NCBI GenBank assembly: GCA_963749075.1
Contig: CAVVLJ010000016.1
Location: 1,314,539-1,378,538 of the forward strand
Direction: 5' to 3'
Origin: an uncultured Pseudomonadota bacterium
Lineage (GTDB): Bacteria; Pseudomonadota; Alphaproteobacteria; JACZXZ01
DNA: 64,000 nt
Part shown: positions 46,880 to 55,726 of the stretch, one piece after another
How the letters are laid out: the number at the start of each line of letters is the position of its first letter
Position numbering within the stretch: the stretch's first letter is position 1
Notes under the pieces: model-generated
Database searches by the model: none
What the model was told of the DNA's origin: nothing
What the model saw: only the letters and a program-made list of their open reading frames with translations
Program-made: the position numbers and the translations under genes

Positions 46880-47791
46880 ATGGTGAACGACGTGGTCATT
46901 GCTGAAGCGGAACGGGCCGCGCGCCTCTGGCATGGCGAGGCGGGCGGCCCGGTGCGTCCCGGCAGCGAGGCGCACAAGCGCCTCTTCTGCCGCATGCTCC
47001 TCGACACCCACAACCCCTATCGGCCGGCGGTGATCGAATGGCCGAAGCTGCCCGACGACGTGCGGCAACGCCTGGTCAGCCTGCCCATCTGGGACATCGC
47101 CGTGCAGACCGAGGGCAAGGCCAAGATCCGCGTGGCGAGCTATGCCGCCCTCATCGCCGACCCGCTGCTCAAGCAGGCGGTCGAGCTCAACGGCTTCGAG
47201 GAGGGACGGCACAAGGAGGTGCTCTCCCACATGGTGGCCGCCTACGGCATCAAGCTCGCGGAGGAGCCGCCCTACCTCGTGCCGCGCGACGCCGAGTGGG
47301 CCTTTCTCGTGACGGGCTACAGCGAATGCGTCGACAGCTTCTTCGCCTTCGGCCTCTTCGAGCTGGCCAAGCGCTCGGGCTTCTTCCCCGAGGAGCTGGT
47401 CGATACCTTCGAGCCCGTGATGCAGGAGGAGTGCCGCCACATCCTCTTCTTCGTCAACTGGGCGGCCTGGCACCGCAAGAATCTGCCGTGGTGGAGGAAG
47501 CCGATCTTCGACGCGCGGCGCGCCGCCGTCTTCGTGCGGCTCATCCAGGAGCGCCTGCACACCGCCAACGACATGGGCGGCGACAACTTCACCATGACCG
47601 GCCACGAGTCGATGGGCATCGATATGAGTGCTGCGGGGCTCATGGCGGTCTGCCTCGAGGAGAACGCGCGCCGCATGCGGGGCTACGACGAGCGCCTGTT
47701 ACGGCCGATGCTCGTGCCGCGCCTGGCGCGCCTGGCGCTCAGGTTCATGCGCCGCGGCGAGCCGCCGCCGCGCGCTCTCCCGGGAGGCTGA
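46880..47791 (+). CDS. Ferritin-like di-metal protein, paralog 1
   Basis: E...EEGRH...E...EECRH four-helix ligand pattern. Confidence 0.85.
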   Translation: MVNDVVIAEAERAARLWHGEAGGPVRPGSEAHKRLFCRMLLDTHNPYRPAVIEWPKLPDDVRQRLVSLPIWDIAVQTEGKAKIRVASYAALIADPLLKQAVELNGFEEGRHKEVLSHMVAAYGIKLAEEPPYLVPRDAEWAFLVTGYSECVDSFFAFGLFELAKRSGFFPEELVDTFEPVMQEECRHILFFVNWAAWHRKNLPWWRKPIFDARRAAVFVRLIQERLHTANDMGGDNFTMTGHESMGIDMSAAGLMAVCLEENARRMRGYDERLLRPMLVPRLARLALRFMRRGEPPPRALPGG

Positions 47792-47794
47792 GCC

Positions 47795-48442
47795 ATGGCG
47801 AGGCTGCCCCTCGGCGGAAAGCTCGTCACCCTCGCGGCGACGCTCGCCATCCTCGCGGTGCCGACCGTCATGGTGTGCTACGCGCCGACGCTCTATCGCA
47901 TCTTCTGCCAGGCGACGGGCTTCGGCGGTACCACGCGGCGCGCGGCGCGCGTCGAGGTGCGCGAGACGAACCTGCCGATCACGGTGCGCATGGATACCAA
48001 CGTGGCGCCCGACTTGCCGTGGGACTTCAAGGCCGAGAAGACCTTCGTGCAGACCCGCCTGGGCGAGCCGACCCTCGTCTTTTTCGACGCGACGAACCGC
48101 TCCGACGAGACCATCGTCGGCCATGCCGCCTACAACGTGACGCCGCAGAAGGCGGGACCCTATTTCACCAAGACCGAGTGCTTCTGCTTCACCGACGAGG
48201 AGTTGAAGCCCGGCGCCACGGCGCGCATGGTGGTGCAGTTCGTGGTCGATCCCAAGCTCGCCGCCGATGACAACACGGAGGAGGTCGGCACCATCACGCT
48301 CTCCTACACCTTCTTCCGCACCAAGCCCACCGGGCCCGTGCGCGACATGGCCGCGGCGTCCAAGGCGGAGGCGGAGAAGGCGGCGGCGGAGAAGGCATCG
48401 CAGCAGCGGCTGCTGCCCGCCGCGGCCGGCTCGCGGAGCTGA
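47795..48442 (+). CDS. ctaG: Cox11/CtaG copper chaperone
   Basis: LYRIFCQATGFGGT, YNVTP, ECFCF, ITLSYTFF. Confidence 0.92.
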   Translation: MARLPLGGKLVTLAATLAILAVPTVMVCYAPTLYRIFCQATGFGGTTRRAARVEVRETNLPITVRMDTNVAPDLPWDFKAEKTFVQTRLGEPTLVFFDATNRSDETIVGHAAYNVTPQKAGPYFTKTECFCFTDEELKPGATARMVVQFVVDPKLAADDNTEEVGTITLSYTFFRTKPTGPVRDMAAASKAEAEKAAAEKASQQRLLPAAAGSRS

Positions 48443-48484
48443 GGCGGGGCCGACGGGCTCTCGGCGCAACAGGGGATTTGCCGG

Positions 48485-49348
48485 ATGAAGATCGGCCGGA
48501 TGAAGATCGGTTCCGAGGCCCACAAGGAGCTCTTCTGCCGCGACTTCAAGTCGAGCCATCGCCGCTTCGAGCCGGCGGAGCTGCCGTGGCCCGAGCTCGA
48601 CGAGGGCGGCCTCGCGCGCCTGCGCGCCGTGCCCTTCTGGCAGGAGGTATTCCACACCGAGCGCCGCGCCGGCGCCATCGTCGAGGCCTTCGCCAAGACG
48701 GTCGACGACCCGCTCCTGCGCGAGACCATCGATTTGCAGGGCTACGAGGAGGAGCGCCATGCTCGCCTCATCCGCTACATGATCGACCGCTACGGCTTAG
48801 CTGCGAGCGAGAAGCCGCTGGAGACGCTGCCCGACGACATCGTGACCGCCTTCATCGATTTCGGCTACGGCGAGTGCCTCGACGCCTTCTTGGGCTTCGG
48901 CGTCTTCAAGATCGCGCGCCAGTCGGGCTTTCTCCCGGATGCCATGTTCTCGCTCTTCGACGTGCTGATGTACGAGGAGACCCGCCACATCGTGTTCTTC
49001 GTCAACTGGATGGCCTATCACGAGGTGCAGCGCGGCCGCGGCGCGCCGCCCTTCCGCGCCGCCGTGGCGCTACGCTTCTACGGCCGCGCGCTCGGCCGCC
49101 TCATCGGCACGGTGAGGCGCGGCGCCGACGGCGACGGCGAGAACTTCTCGGCCACCCAGGCGGACGTCTTCCTCGACGACTTCAGCATCAAGCGCCTCGT
49201 CGGCGCCTGCCTTGCCGAGAACGCCCGGCGCATGAGTGCCTTCGACGCCGATCTCTTGCAGCCGCGCCTGCTGCCGGCGCTGGGCAGGCTCGCTTTCTCG
49301 GCCTTGAAGCTGTGGCCCGAGCGCCGGCCGAGCGCGCAAGCAGTATGA
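48485..49348 (+). CDS. Ferritin-like di-metal protein, paralog 2
   Basis: GSEAHKELFCR shared with paralog 1; EEERH and EETRH motifs. Confidence 0.85.
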   Translation: MKIGRMKIGSEAHKELFCRDFKSSHRRFEPAELPWPELDEGGLARLRAVPFWQEVFHTERRAGAIVEAFAKTVDDPLLRETIDLQGYEEERHARLIRYMIDRYGLAASEKPLETLPDDIVTAFIDFGYGECLDAFLGFGVFKIARQSGFLPDAMFSLFDVLMYEETRHIVFFVNWMAYHEVQRGRGAPPFRAAVALRFYGRALGRLIGTVRRGADGDGENFSATQADVFLDDFSIKRLVGACLAENARRMSAFDADLLQPRLLPALGRLAFSALKLWPERRPSAQAV

Positions 49349-49388
49349 GCGGCCGCACCGCCCGGCGGCCTCTGCGCGCGGCGGCAGC

Positions 49389-50372
49389 ATGAAGCTCGGC
49401 CGCATTCTCGCCGCCGCCGCCGGCCTCGCGGTTGCCGCCTATCTCATCTTCGCCGAGGGCATCGACGGGGTGTTCCGCGCCCTCGGCGTCGCCGGCTTCG
49501 GCGGGCTCGGCACCATCACGCTCTTCCACGTGCTCCCCACCGTGCTGTGCGGCGTTGCCTGGTGGCTCCTCATGCGGCCCCATTCGAGCGAGGGCTGGTT
49601 CGTCTTCACCTGGGTGCGCTGGATCCGCGACGGCATCGACGGCGTGGTACCCATCCTGCCGGTGAGCGGCGAGCTGGTCGGCACCCGCATCCTCTCGCAG
49701 CGCGGCGTCGCCTTCGCCGGCGCCGGCATCGTCGTCGATCTCACGGCCGAGCTCCTGGGCCAGGTGCTCTTCGCGGTGCTCGGCTTCGCCCTCCTCGTAG
49801 CGAGCCATCCCGAGGCGCCCTACAAGCTCTGGGTCGGCATCGGCATCGCGGCCATGGCGCTGCAGTTCACCGGCTTCCTCGTGGCCCAGAAGAAGGGCCT
49901 CTTCCGCCTCATCGAGCGGCCGCTCGAGTGGCTGAGAAGGCGCCGCCGCGCGCAGCAAGCGGAAAGCGAGGCCGAGCGCACCCTCCACGACCGCATCCTC
50001 GTGCTCTACGAGGATGGTGCTGCCTTCGCCGGCTGCATCGTCCTCCATCTCGCGGCCTGGATCGTAGGCGGCATGGAGACCTGGATCGCGCTCGAGTTCA
50101 TGGGGCACCCGCTCAGCATCGCCGAGGTGCTGGCGATCGAAGGCCTCGTCTACGCCATCCGCAGCGTCACCTTCTTCATCCCGCTCGGCGCCGGCGTGCA
50201 GGAGGGCGGCTATATCCTCATCGGCGGGCTCTTGGGCCTCCCGCCCGACCTCGCCTTGGCGGTCTCTCTCCTGAAGCGCGGCAGGGACCTCCTCATCGGC
50301 ATCCCCGCACTCCTCTTCTGGCAGCTCATCGAAGGCTACCGCGCCGCCAGGCGCCACGACTTGCCGGCGTGA
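49389..50372 (+). CDS. HpnL-like / lysylphosphatidylglycerol synthase TM-domain protein
   Basis: RWIRDG...LP.SGE, FFIPLGAGVQEGG, SLLKRGRD. Confidence 0.82.
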   Translation: MKLGRILAAAAGLAVAAYLIFAEGIDGVFRALGVAGFGGLGTITLFHVLPTVLCGVAWWLLMRPHSSEGWFVFTWVRWIRDGIDGVVPILPVSGELVGTRILSQRGVAFAGAGIVVDLTAELLGQVLFAVLGFALLVASHPEAPYKLWVGIGIAAMALQFTGFLVAQKKGLFRLIERPLEWLRRRRRAQQAESEAERTLHDRILVLYEDGAAFAGCIVLHLAAWIVGGMETWIALEFMGHPLSIAEVLAIEGLVYAIRSVTFFIPLGAGVQEGGYILIGGLLGLPPDLALAVSLLKRGRDLLIGIPALLFWQLIEGYRAARRHDLPA

Positions 50373-50385
50373 GCGCCGGCCCCAC

Positions 50386-51138
50386 ATGATAGATGTGAAG
50401 ATCGAGCGCATAATCGGGTCTGCCGCGGGCTTGGCGGCTCTCGCCATGCTCCTGGCACTCATTGCCGGCGGCGCGGCGGTGGCGGCCATGGCGGGATTCC
50501 AGCGCATGGTGATCGCACCCGGCTGCTATACCGTCGCCGCGGGGGCGGCCCAGACCGTGCCCGCCTATTGCCTCGACCGCGCCATGGCAGCACCCACCTC
50601 GGGCGCCATTCTCGCCAATGCGCCGACGCCGTTCGGGACGACGCTCGTCAAGACGGCCGGCGGCACCGCACTGGCGCTCCAAGCCGCCCTCGAGCAGCAC
50701 ATGCTGCAGGTCGAGGGTGCCGGCGACGACGGCCACGTGCAGCTCCGCAACCTCACCGGCCAGCCGCTCGAGATCTGCATCACCACGCCCACGGTCGTGA
50801 TGGCGAACGGCGACTACGCCACGGGAGACCTGCCAAAGCTCTACGACATCATCCTCCGCGTGCTGAGCAAGGGCGCACCGGCCGCGAAGGCTGCCGCCAA
50901 GGAGCAGGCGGACAACAAGGCCGGCGACGTGCACGCCCAGCTCCAGGAGGAGCTGTGGGAGGCCGTCCATGACGCCAGCAACAGGAACGCCGAGGAGGAG
51001 GCCTACAAGTCGCTGAGCCGCCGCCTGCAGTTCGGCACGGTCGAGGCGCCCGATGCCGCGAGCCCGGCGGGCTCGGCGCCAAGCCGCTCGAAATGCGCCG
51101 GCGAGACCAGCAACGTGGAGGTCTGCGCCTCCCGCTGA
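50386..51138 (+). CDS. Exported or membrane-anchored hypothetical protein with AYCLD and QxxLW motifs
   Basis: N-terminal hydrophobic helix; five Cys residues. Confidence 0.7.
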   Translation: MIDVKIERIIGSAAGLAALAMLLALIAGGAAVAAMAGFQRMVIAPGCYTVAAGAAQTVPAYCLDRAMAAPTSGAILANAPTPFGTTLVKTAGGTALALQAALEQHMLQVEGAGDDGHVQLRNLTGQPLEICITTPTVVMANGDYATGDLPKLYDIILRVLSKGAPAAKAAAKEQADNKAGDVHAQLQEELWEAVHDASNRNAEEEAYKSLSRRLQFGTVEAPDAASPAGSAPSRSKCAGETSNVEVCASR

Positions 51139-51179
51139 GCGGGATGCCGCGCTTGACCGCGCGTGACGAGGCAGCGCGA

Positions 51180-52109
51180 ATGACCACGATCGCGGCAGCC
51201 GTCGCGGAGAGGCCGGACGCCGGCGCAAGGGTCGCGCGCGAGCCTCGCCTCGTGCTGCCGTCGCGCGATGCCCATGCGCTGCGGCGGCGCGCTGCCGCGA
51301 TTGCCGCGGCGCTCCTCCTGCACGGCTGGCTCATCGCCTTTCTGCTGCTGCCGCCCGCCGACGAGGCGTTGCGCGTGCCGATGGCGATCCCCGTCGAGCT
51401 GGTGCCGCCGCCCTCCCCCCCGCCTCCACAAACGACGGCCCAGCACGAGGCCCCGCCGGCACCGTCGCCGAAAGCGCCCGAGGCGCTGACGTCGCGCGCC
51501 TCCGGCGGCACGCGCGCCGGCCAGGCGCCCGAGCCGCCGCAAGACGCCGCGGCACCCGCGAGCGCGGCGCCAGCACTCCCGCCGGCGCGGGAGACGGCGG
51601 CACAAGAGCCGCCGCGCTCCCAGGAGGCGGCAAAGCTGCCGCTCCCTTCCGCCGTCGCGGCGGCGGCAGCCTCGGCGAGCGGAGAAGTCGCGGTGGCGCC
51701 GCCGCTCCCCGTCGCCAAGCCAAGCGAGGAGCCCGCGGCGGTGCCCATGCCCGCCCCGCGGCCAAGTCCCCTGGCACATCCCCCGGCCCATGCCGAGCGC
51801 GAGAGCGAGCCGCAGGGAGCCGGCGGCGGCGATCCCTACCTCAATGCGCTGCGCGAGGAGATCATGCGCAACCGCGTCTATCCCGCCGAGGCGCGCGCCC
51901 GCGGCCTCTCCGGCACCGCGCGATACGACATTCTGGTGGACCGCAAGGGGCGCCTCCTCCGCGTGCGGCTCCTGCGCACGTCAGGTGCGGAGCTCCTCGA
52001 CAAGGCGGGAATCGAGATGATCGAGCGGAGCGCGCCTTTCCGCCCGCTGCCGCCCGACATCATGGGCGAGGTCGTCGATTTCGTGGTGATGCTGCACTTG
52101 GGGCCGTAA
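51180..52109 (+). CDS. TonB family protein
   Basis: ALLLHG TM, Pro-rich linker, YPAEARARGLSG, SG..LLDKA, APF.PLP. Confidence 0.88.
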   Translation: MTTIAAAVAERPDAGARVAREPRLVLPSRDAHALRRRAAAIAAALLLHGWLIAFLLLPPADEALRVPMAIPVELVPPPSPPPPQTTAQHEAPPAPSPKAPEALTSRASGGTRAGQAPEPPQDAAAPASAAPALPPARETAAQEPPRSQEAAKLPLPSAVAAAAASASGEVAVAPPLPVAKPSEEPAAVPMPAPRPSPLAHPPAHAERESEPQGAGGGDPYLNALREEIMRNRVYPAEARARGLSGTARYDILVDRKGRLLRVRLLRTSGAELLDKAGIEMIERSAPFRPLPPDIMGEVVDFVVMLHLGP

Positions 52110-52142
52110 GCACGGCCCGAAGTCAAGCCCCTCGGGAACGCG

Positions 52143-52448
52143 TTACCTGATGGTGCGCGTGGCGATGATCGGGCAGCCGCAGATCGGGCAGTATTCCACG
52201 GCGGAGATGGTGCTGCCGGGCATGCCCGAACGGTTGGCCAGATCGCTCTCGAGCTGGGCCAGGATCTGCGCATGGAGCGCGTCGCCACCGCAGCGGTTCG
52301 CAAAAGCGACGCCCAGCCCGCTTTTGGCCGGAATCGGCTCGACCGAGAAGGCGCCGGCGGTCCTGCTCCCGGCAATGAGGGCCAGCACGCCGCCCACGCC
52401 TGCGCTGCTCATAAGGAAGGCCCGGCGATCCAACAGCTTCTTGCCCAT
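52143..52448 (-). CDS. Small Tat-exported Cys/His protein
   Basis: DRRAFL twin-arginine signal; C-x5-H and CPICGCP motifs. Confidence 0.75.
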   Translation of the reverse strand: MGKKLLDRRAFLMSSAGVGGVLALIAGSRTAGAFSVEPIPAKSGLGVAFANRCGGDALHAQILAQLESDLANRSGMPGSTISAVEYCPICGCPIIATRTIR

Positions 52449-52623
52449 GGGAGATACTCCAACCCTCTACGAAGAGCCCCTCGCGAGAGCTATCATATAG
52501 CCGTCAGGCCGCCTCCAGCAAGAGTTTGTTCCAGCGCAGCTATTCTCCCGCTGATTGTCTTTCGGTAAGCCCTCGATGTAATATTTCGCGTTTCCGCCCC
52601 ATCGCCGTCAGCGAGGAAAGGTC

Positions 52624-54609
52624 GTGGCCAACCTCTTCATCAGCTATTCGCGACAGGACCAGGCCAAGGTCGAGGCGCTGGCGGCCCTCCTCGAGGGCAC
52701 CGGCTGGTCCGTGTGGTGGGACCGGCGCATCACCACCGGCAGCTCCTTCGACCTGGTCATCGAGCAGGCGCTCGCCGAGGCGCACGCCGTCATCGTCGCG
52801 TGGTCGCGCCATTCGGTCGGCTCGGACTGGGTGCGCGCCGAGGCGGCCTATGCCGTCGACAAGAAGAAGCTGGTGCCGGTGCGCCTCGACGATGCACAGC
52901 CGCCGCTGCGCTTCACCAACATCCAGACGGTCGACCTCTCGGCATGGGGCGGCAGCACCGACTTCGCCGGCTGCCAGAGGCTCATCCACGACCTCTCCCA
53001 ATTGCTCGGGCCGCCGCCGGCACCCGGTGCTGCCGCGCGCCCGGCCGCGGCGCCGGCAGTTCCCGCCGTCAAGCCCGCCGGGGCCGCCCCGGTGCCGCTT
53101 GCCGCGGCGGCTTCGCCGCCGCCGCGCCCGGCCCGGCGCGGCGCCTTGGCAGCGGCGGCGCTGGCAGCGGCGGTGCTCATCGGCGGCGGCATCGCCTTCG
53201 CCGTGCTGCGCGGCGGCAACGAGCAGGCCCCACCCGCGAAGACCGCGGTCGCGAGCGCCGCCCCGGCCGCGGCAACGGCAACCGAGGCAAAGGAACCGGC
53301 TCCAGCCGCATCTCCCAAGAGCGAGGCCACCGCCAAGAGCGAAATGCCCGCGACGAGCGAGACGACCGCGACGAGCGAGACGACCGCGAAGAGCGAGACG
53401 ACCGCGCAGGCGCCGAGCGGCACGCCGGCACCGCCTGCCGCTCCGGCAGCCGCCGAGAAGACGGCCGCGCCGAGCGAGGCACCGGCACCGGCACCCTCCC
53501 CTGCAACCGCCGCCGAGCCGGCAGCAGCACCGGCGTCAAGCGCCGCGAGCGACCGCGACTTCGAGCTGGCGTTCTGGAAATCGATCAGGGAGAGCACGAT
53601 CCCCGGCGACTTCGAGGCCTACCTCGCGAAATACCCGAACGGCGAGTTCGCCACCGTGGCGCGCAACCGCATCGCAGCCCTCAAGCCGGCCCCGGCGGCG
53701 AGCGCGGCGCCGCCGGCCAAGCCGGCCGAGCCGGCCAAGGTGGCGAGCGTAGCGCCACCGGCCAAGCCGGCCAAACCCGCCGAGGTGGCGAGCGTGGCGC
53801 CACCGGCCAAGCCAAGTCCGGAGCTCGAGGCGATGGACAAGGACATGGTGACGACGCGCGAGCTGCCGATCCACGCGGCACCCGAATTCAGCGCAACGCG
53901 CATCGGGCATCTCTCCGAGGGCGAGAGCGTGCACGTCACCGGCAAGGTGCGGGGCAAGAATTGGTACACCATTCGAATGAAAGGCGATGCCCTCGCCTAT
54001 GTGACGGGGACCGGCCTCGAGTCGCCTCAGCCGGCGGCACCGGCGGTGGCGCCCGCGACCGCGCCCGCGGCCACGGCACCTGGTGCAGCCGCCAGTCGCG
54101 GCGCGCCGCCGACGCGTCGCTACGACAATCCGATGGTGCAGGGTGTGGCACTCGACGTCTGCCGCTCCTGGGCACGGGATTGCGGCAAGCCGGCCGCCGA
54201 CGCCTTTTGCCAGTCGCAGGGCTTCTCTGCGGCCATCGACTTCACCGCGCAGCGATTTGCCCCGCCGACCCGCGTCATCTCCACGGGCCAGGTCTGCGAT
54301 AAACCAGGTTGCACTCGCATCGCCTCCGTCACTTGCGGGAACGGCGGCAGCGGCGAAGCGCGCCCGGGCCAGGCGCGTACGGCGACACTCGAGTACGGCA
54401 CCAACCGCAGGGGGTTCGACATGCGCAATCTCTGGCTTCCCAACGGGAGCCCCGAGATGTGCCGCGACGCCTGCCTCGCCGACCCGGCGTGCCGCGCCTT
54501 CACGTTCGTCCAGCCGGGAATTCAGGGCCCGGAGGCGCGCTGCTGGCTCAAGCACAGCGTGCCCCAGGCGAATTCCAGCCCGTGCTGCGTTTCGGGAGTG
54601 GTCAATTAG
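52624..54609 (+). CDS. TIR - TM - stalk - helical module - SH3b-like - 6-Cys domain - PAN/Apple receptor-like protein (copy 1)
   Basis: LFISYSRQD and SDWVRAEA (TIR); TM; ELAFWKSI...FEAYLAKYPNGEF; HVTGKV...WY; PAN pattern NRRGFD...CRDAC..DPACRAFTF...CWLK...SG. Confidence 0.9.
   Translation: MANLFISYSRQDQAKVEALAALLEGTGWSVWWDRRITTGSSFDLVIEQALAEAHAVIVAWSRHSVGSDWVRAEAAYAVDKKKLVPVRLDDAQPPLRFTNIQTVDLSAWGGSTDFAGCQRLIHDLSQLLGPPPAPGAAARPAAAPAVPAVKPAGAAPVPLAAAASPPPRPARRGALAAAALAAAVLIGGGIAFAVLRGGNEQAPPAKTAVASAAPAAATATEAKEPAPAASPKSEATAKSEMPATSETTATSETTAKSETTAQAPSGTPAPPAAPAAAEKTAAPSEAPAPAPSPATAAEPAAAPASSAASDRDFELAFWKSIRESTIPGDFEAYLAKYPNGEFATVARNRIAALKPAPAASAAPPAKPAEPAKVASVAPPAKPAKPAEVASVAPPAKPSPELEAMDKDMVTTRELPIHAAPEFSATRIGHLSEGESVHVTGKVRGKNWYTIRMKGDALAYVTGTGLESPQPAAPAVAPATAPAATAPGAAASRGAPPTRRYDNPMVQGVALDVCRSWARDCGKPAADAFCQSQGFSAAIDFTAQRFAPPTRVISTGQVCDKPGCTRIASVTCGNGGSGEARPGQARTATLEYGTNRRGFDMRNLWLPNGSPEMCRDACLADPACRAFTFVQPGIQGPEARCWLKHSVPQANSSPCCVSGVVN
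53317..53406 (+). repeat. In-frame 18-bp tandem repeat, 5 units (KSEATA/KSEMPA/TSETTA/TSETTA/KSETTA)
   Basis: Read directly; copy 2 has three units at the same position. Confidence 0.8.
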
Positions 54610-54900
54610 AGCATATCCCGATTAGGTGGAACCGCCTCTCCCGTCACCCCCGCTTTCGCGCTTGCTGATGCACGCATCTTGCGGAGGCTTGCAGTACCGC
54701 CGCGGGTCCTTCGAGACGCGCCCCTTTGGGGCGCTCCTCAGGACGAGGAGATTTCGTGGGTGGCAGAAAGACTTATCCTCATCCTGAGGAGCGAGCGCAG
54801 CGAGCGTCTCGAAGGACGCATAGCCGCCGGTCCGAGGCGCCGCTTCGACAGCGCAACGTCATGATTGGGCAGCGATCTTCATATTTGTGTGCATCTACTA

Positions 54901-55724
54901 GGGTCTGGACTCACAATTTGATCCAGTAGAGTGCGCCGACGAGGGCTGCGGCGGCAAGGAAGTTTCTGGCCAGCTTGTCGTATCGGGTTGCGATGCGCCG
55001 CCAATCCTTGATGCGGCAGAAGTAATTTTCGATCTTGTGCCGCCTGCGATAGATGCGCTTGGGACAATAGGCTTTCTTGGTGGCATTGCTGCGGCTGGGG
55101 ATGACGGGCAAGGCACCTTCGTCCCTGATCTGCTGGCGGACCTTTTGGCTGTCATAAGCCTTGTCGGCCGCGACGGCGAGGGGCGGCTTGGGCGTGTCCA
55201 GTACCGCTTCGACGACTTGGCTGTCATGGACCTGTGCGCCCGTGACGATGAAGTTCAGCGGGCGGCCTTTGCCGTCGACGACCGCATGGATCTTCGTGCT
55301 GCGCCCGCCCCGGCTAATACCGATCGCCTGATTTTTCTCCCCCCTTTTGCGCCGCTCGCCGCGCGATGCGCTTTCACGATGGTGCTGTCGATCAGATAGA
55401 GGCTATCGTGCGATGTCGCGGCCAGCGCGTCGAAAATCCGCTTCCAGATGCCGCGGCGAGACCAGCGGTTGAAGCGATTGTAGACCGTCGTGTAAGGCCC
55501 ATAGCGCTCCGGCAAATCTCGCCACGGCATGCCGGTGCGCAGCACGTAGAAGATGCCATTCATGATCCGGCGATCATCCTCTCGCGCCTTCTTGCGAAGG
55601 CCCGGCATCAACGGCTCCAGCACAGCCCATTCCTCGTCGCTCAAATCAAACCGCATGATCCACCTCCAACCACGGTGAATCACATTCGGACAACTTTTTC
55701 AAGACATTATGCGGGTACAGACCC
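54901..55724 (-). mobile_element. IS5 family (IS427-group-like) insertion sequence
   Basis: TIRs GGGTCTGGACTCACA and TGCGGGTACAGACCC; TA flanks within CTAG. Confidence 0.92.
54911..55656 (-). CDS. IS5 transposase, two ORFs joined by programmed frameshift
   Basis: LSDEEW, LRTGMPWRDLPERYG, IDSTIVKAH; slippery AAAAGGGGGG near 55339-55348; C-terminal WRRIATRYDK. Confidence 0.9.
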
Positions 55725-55726
55725 TA

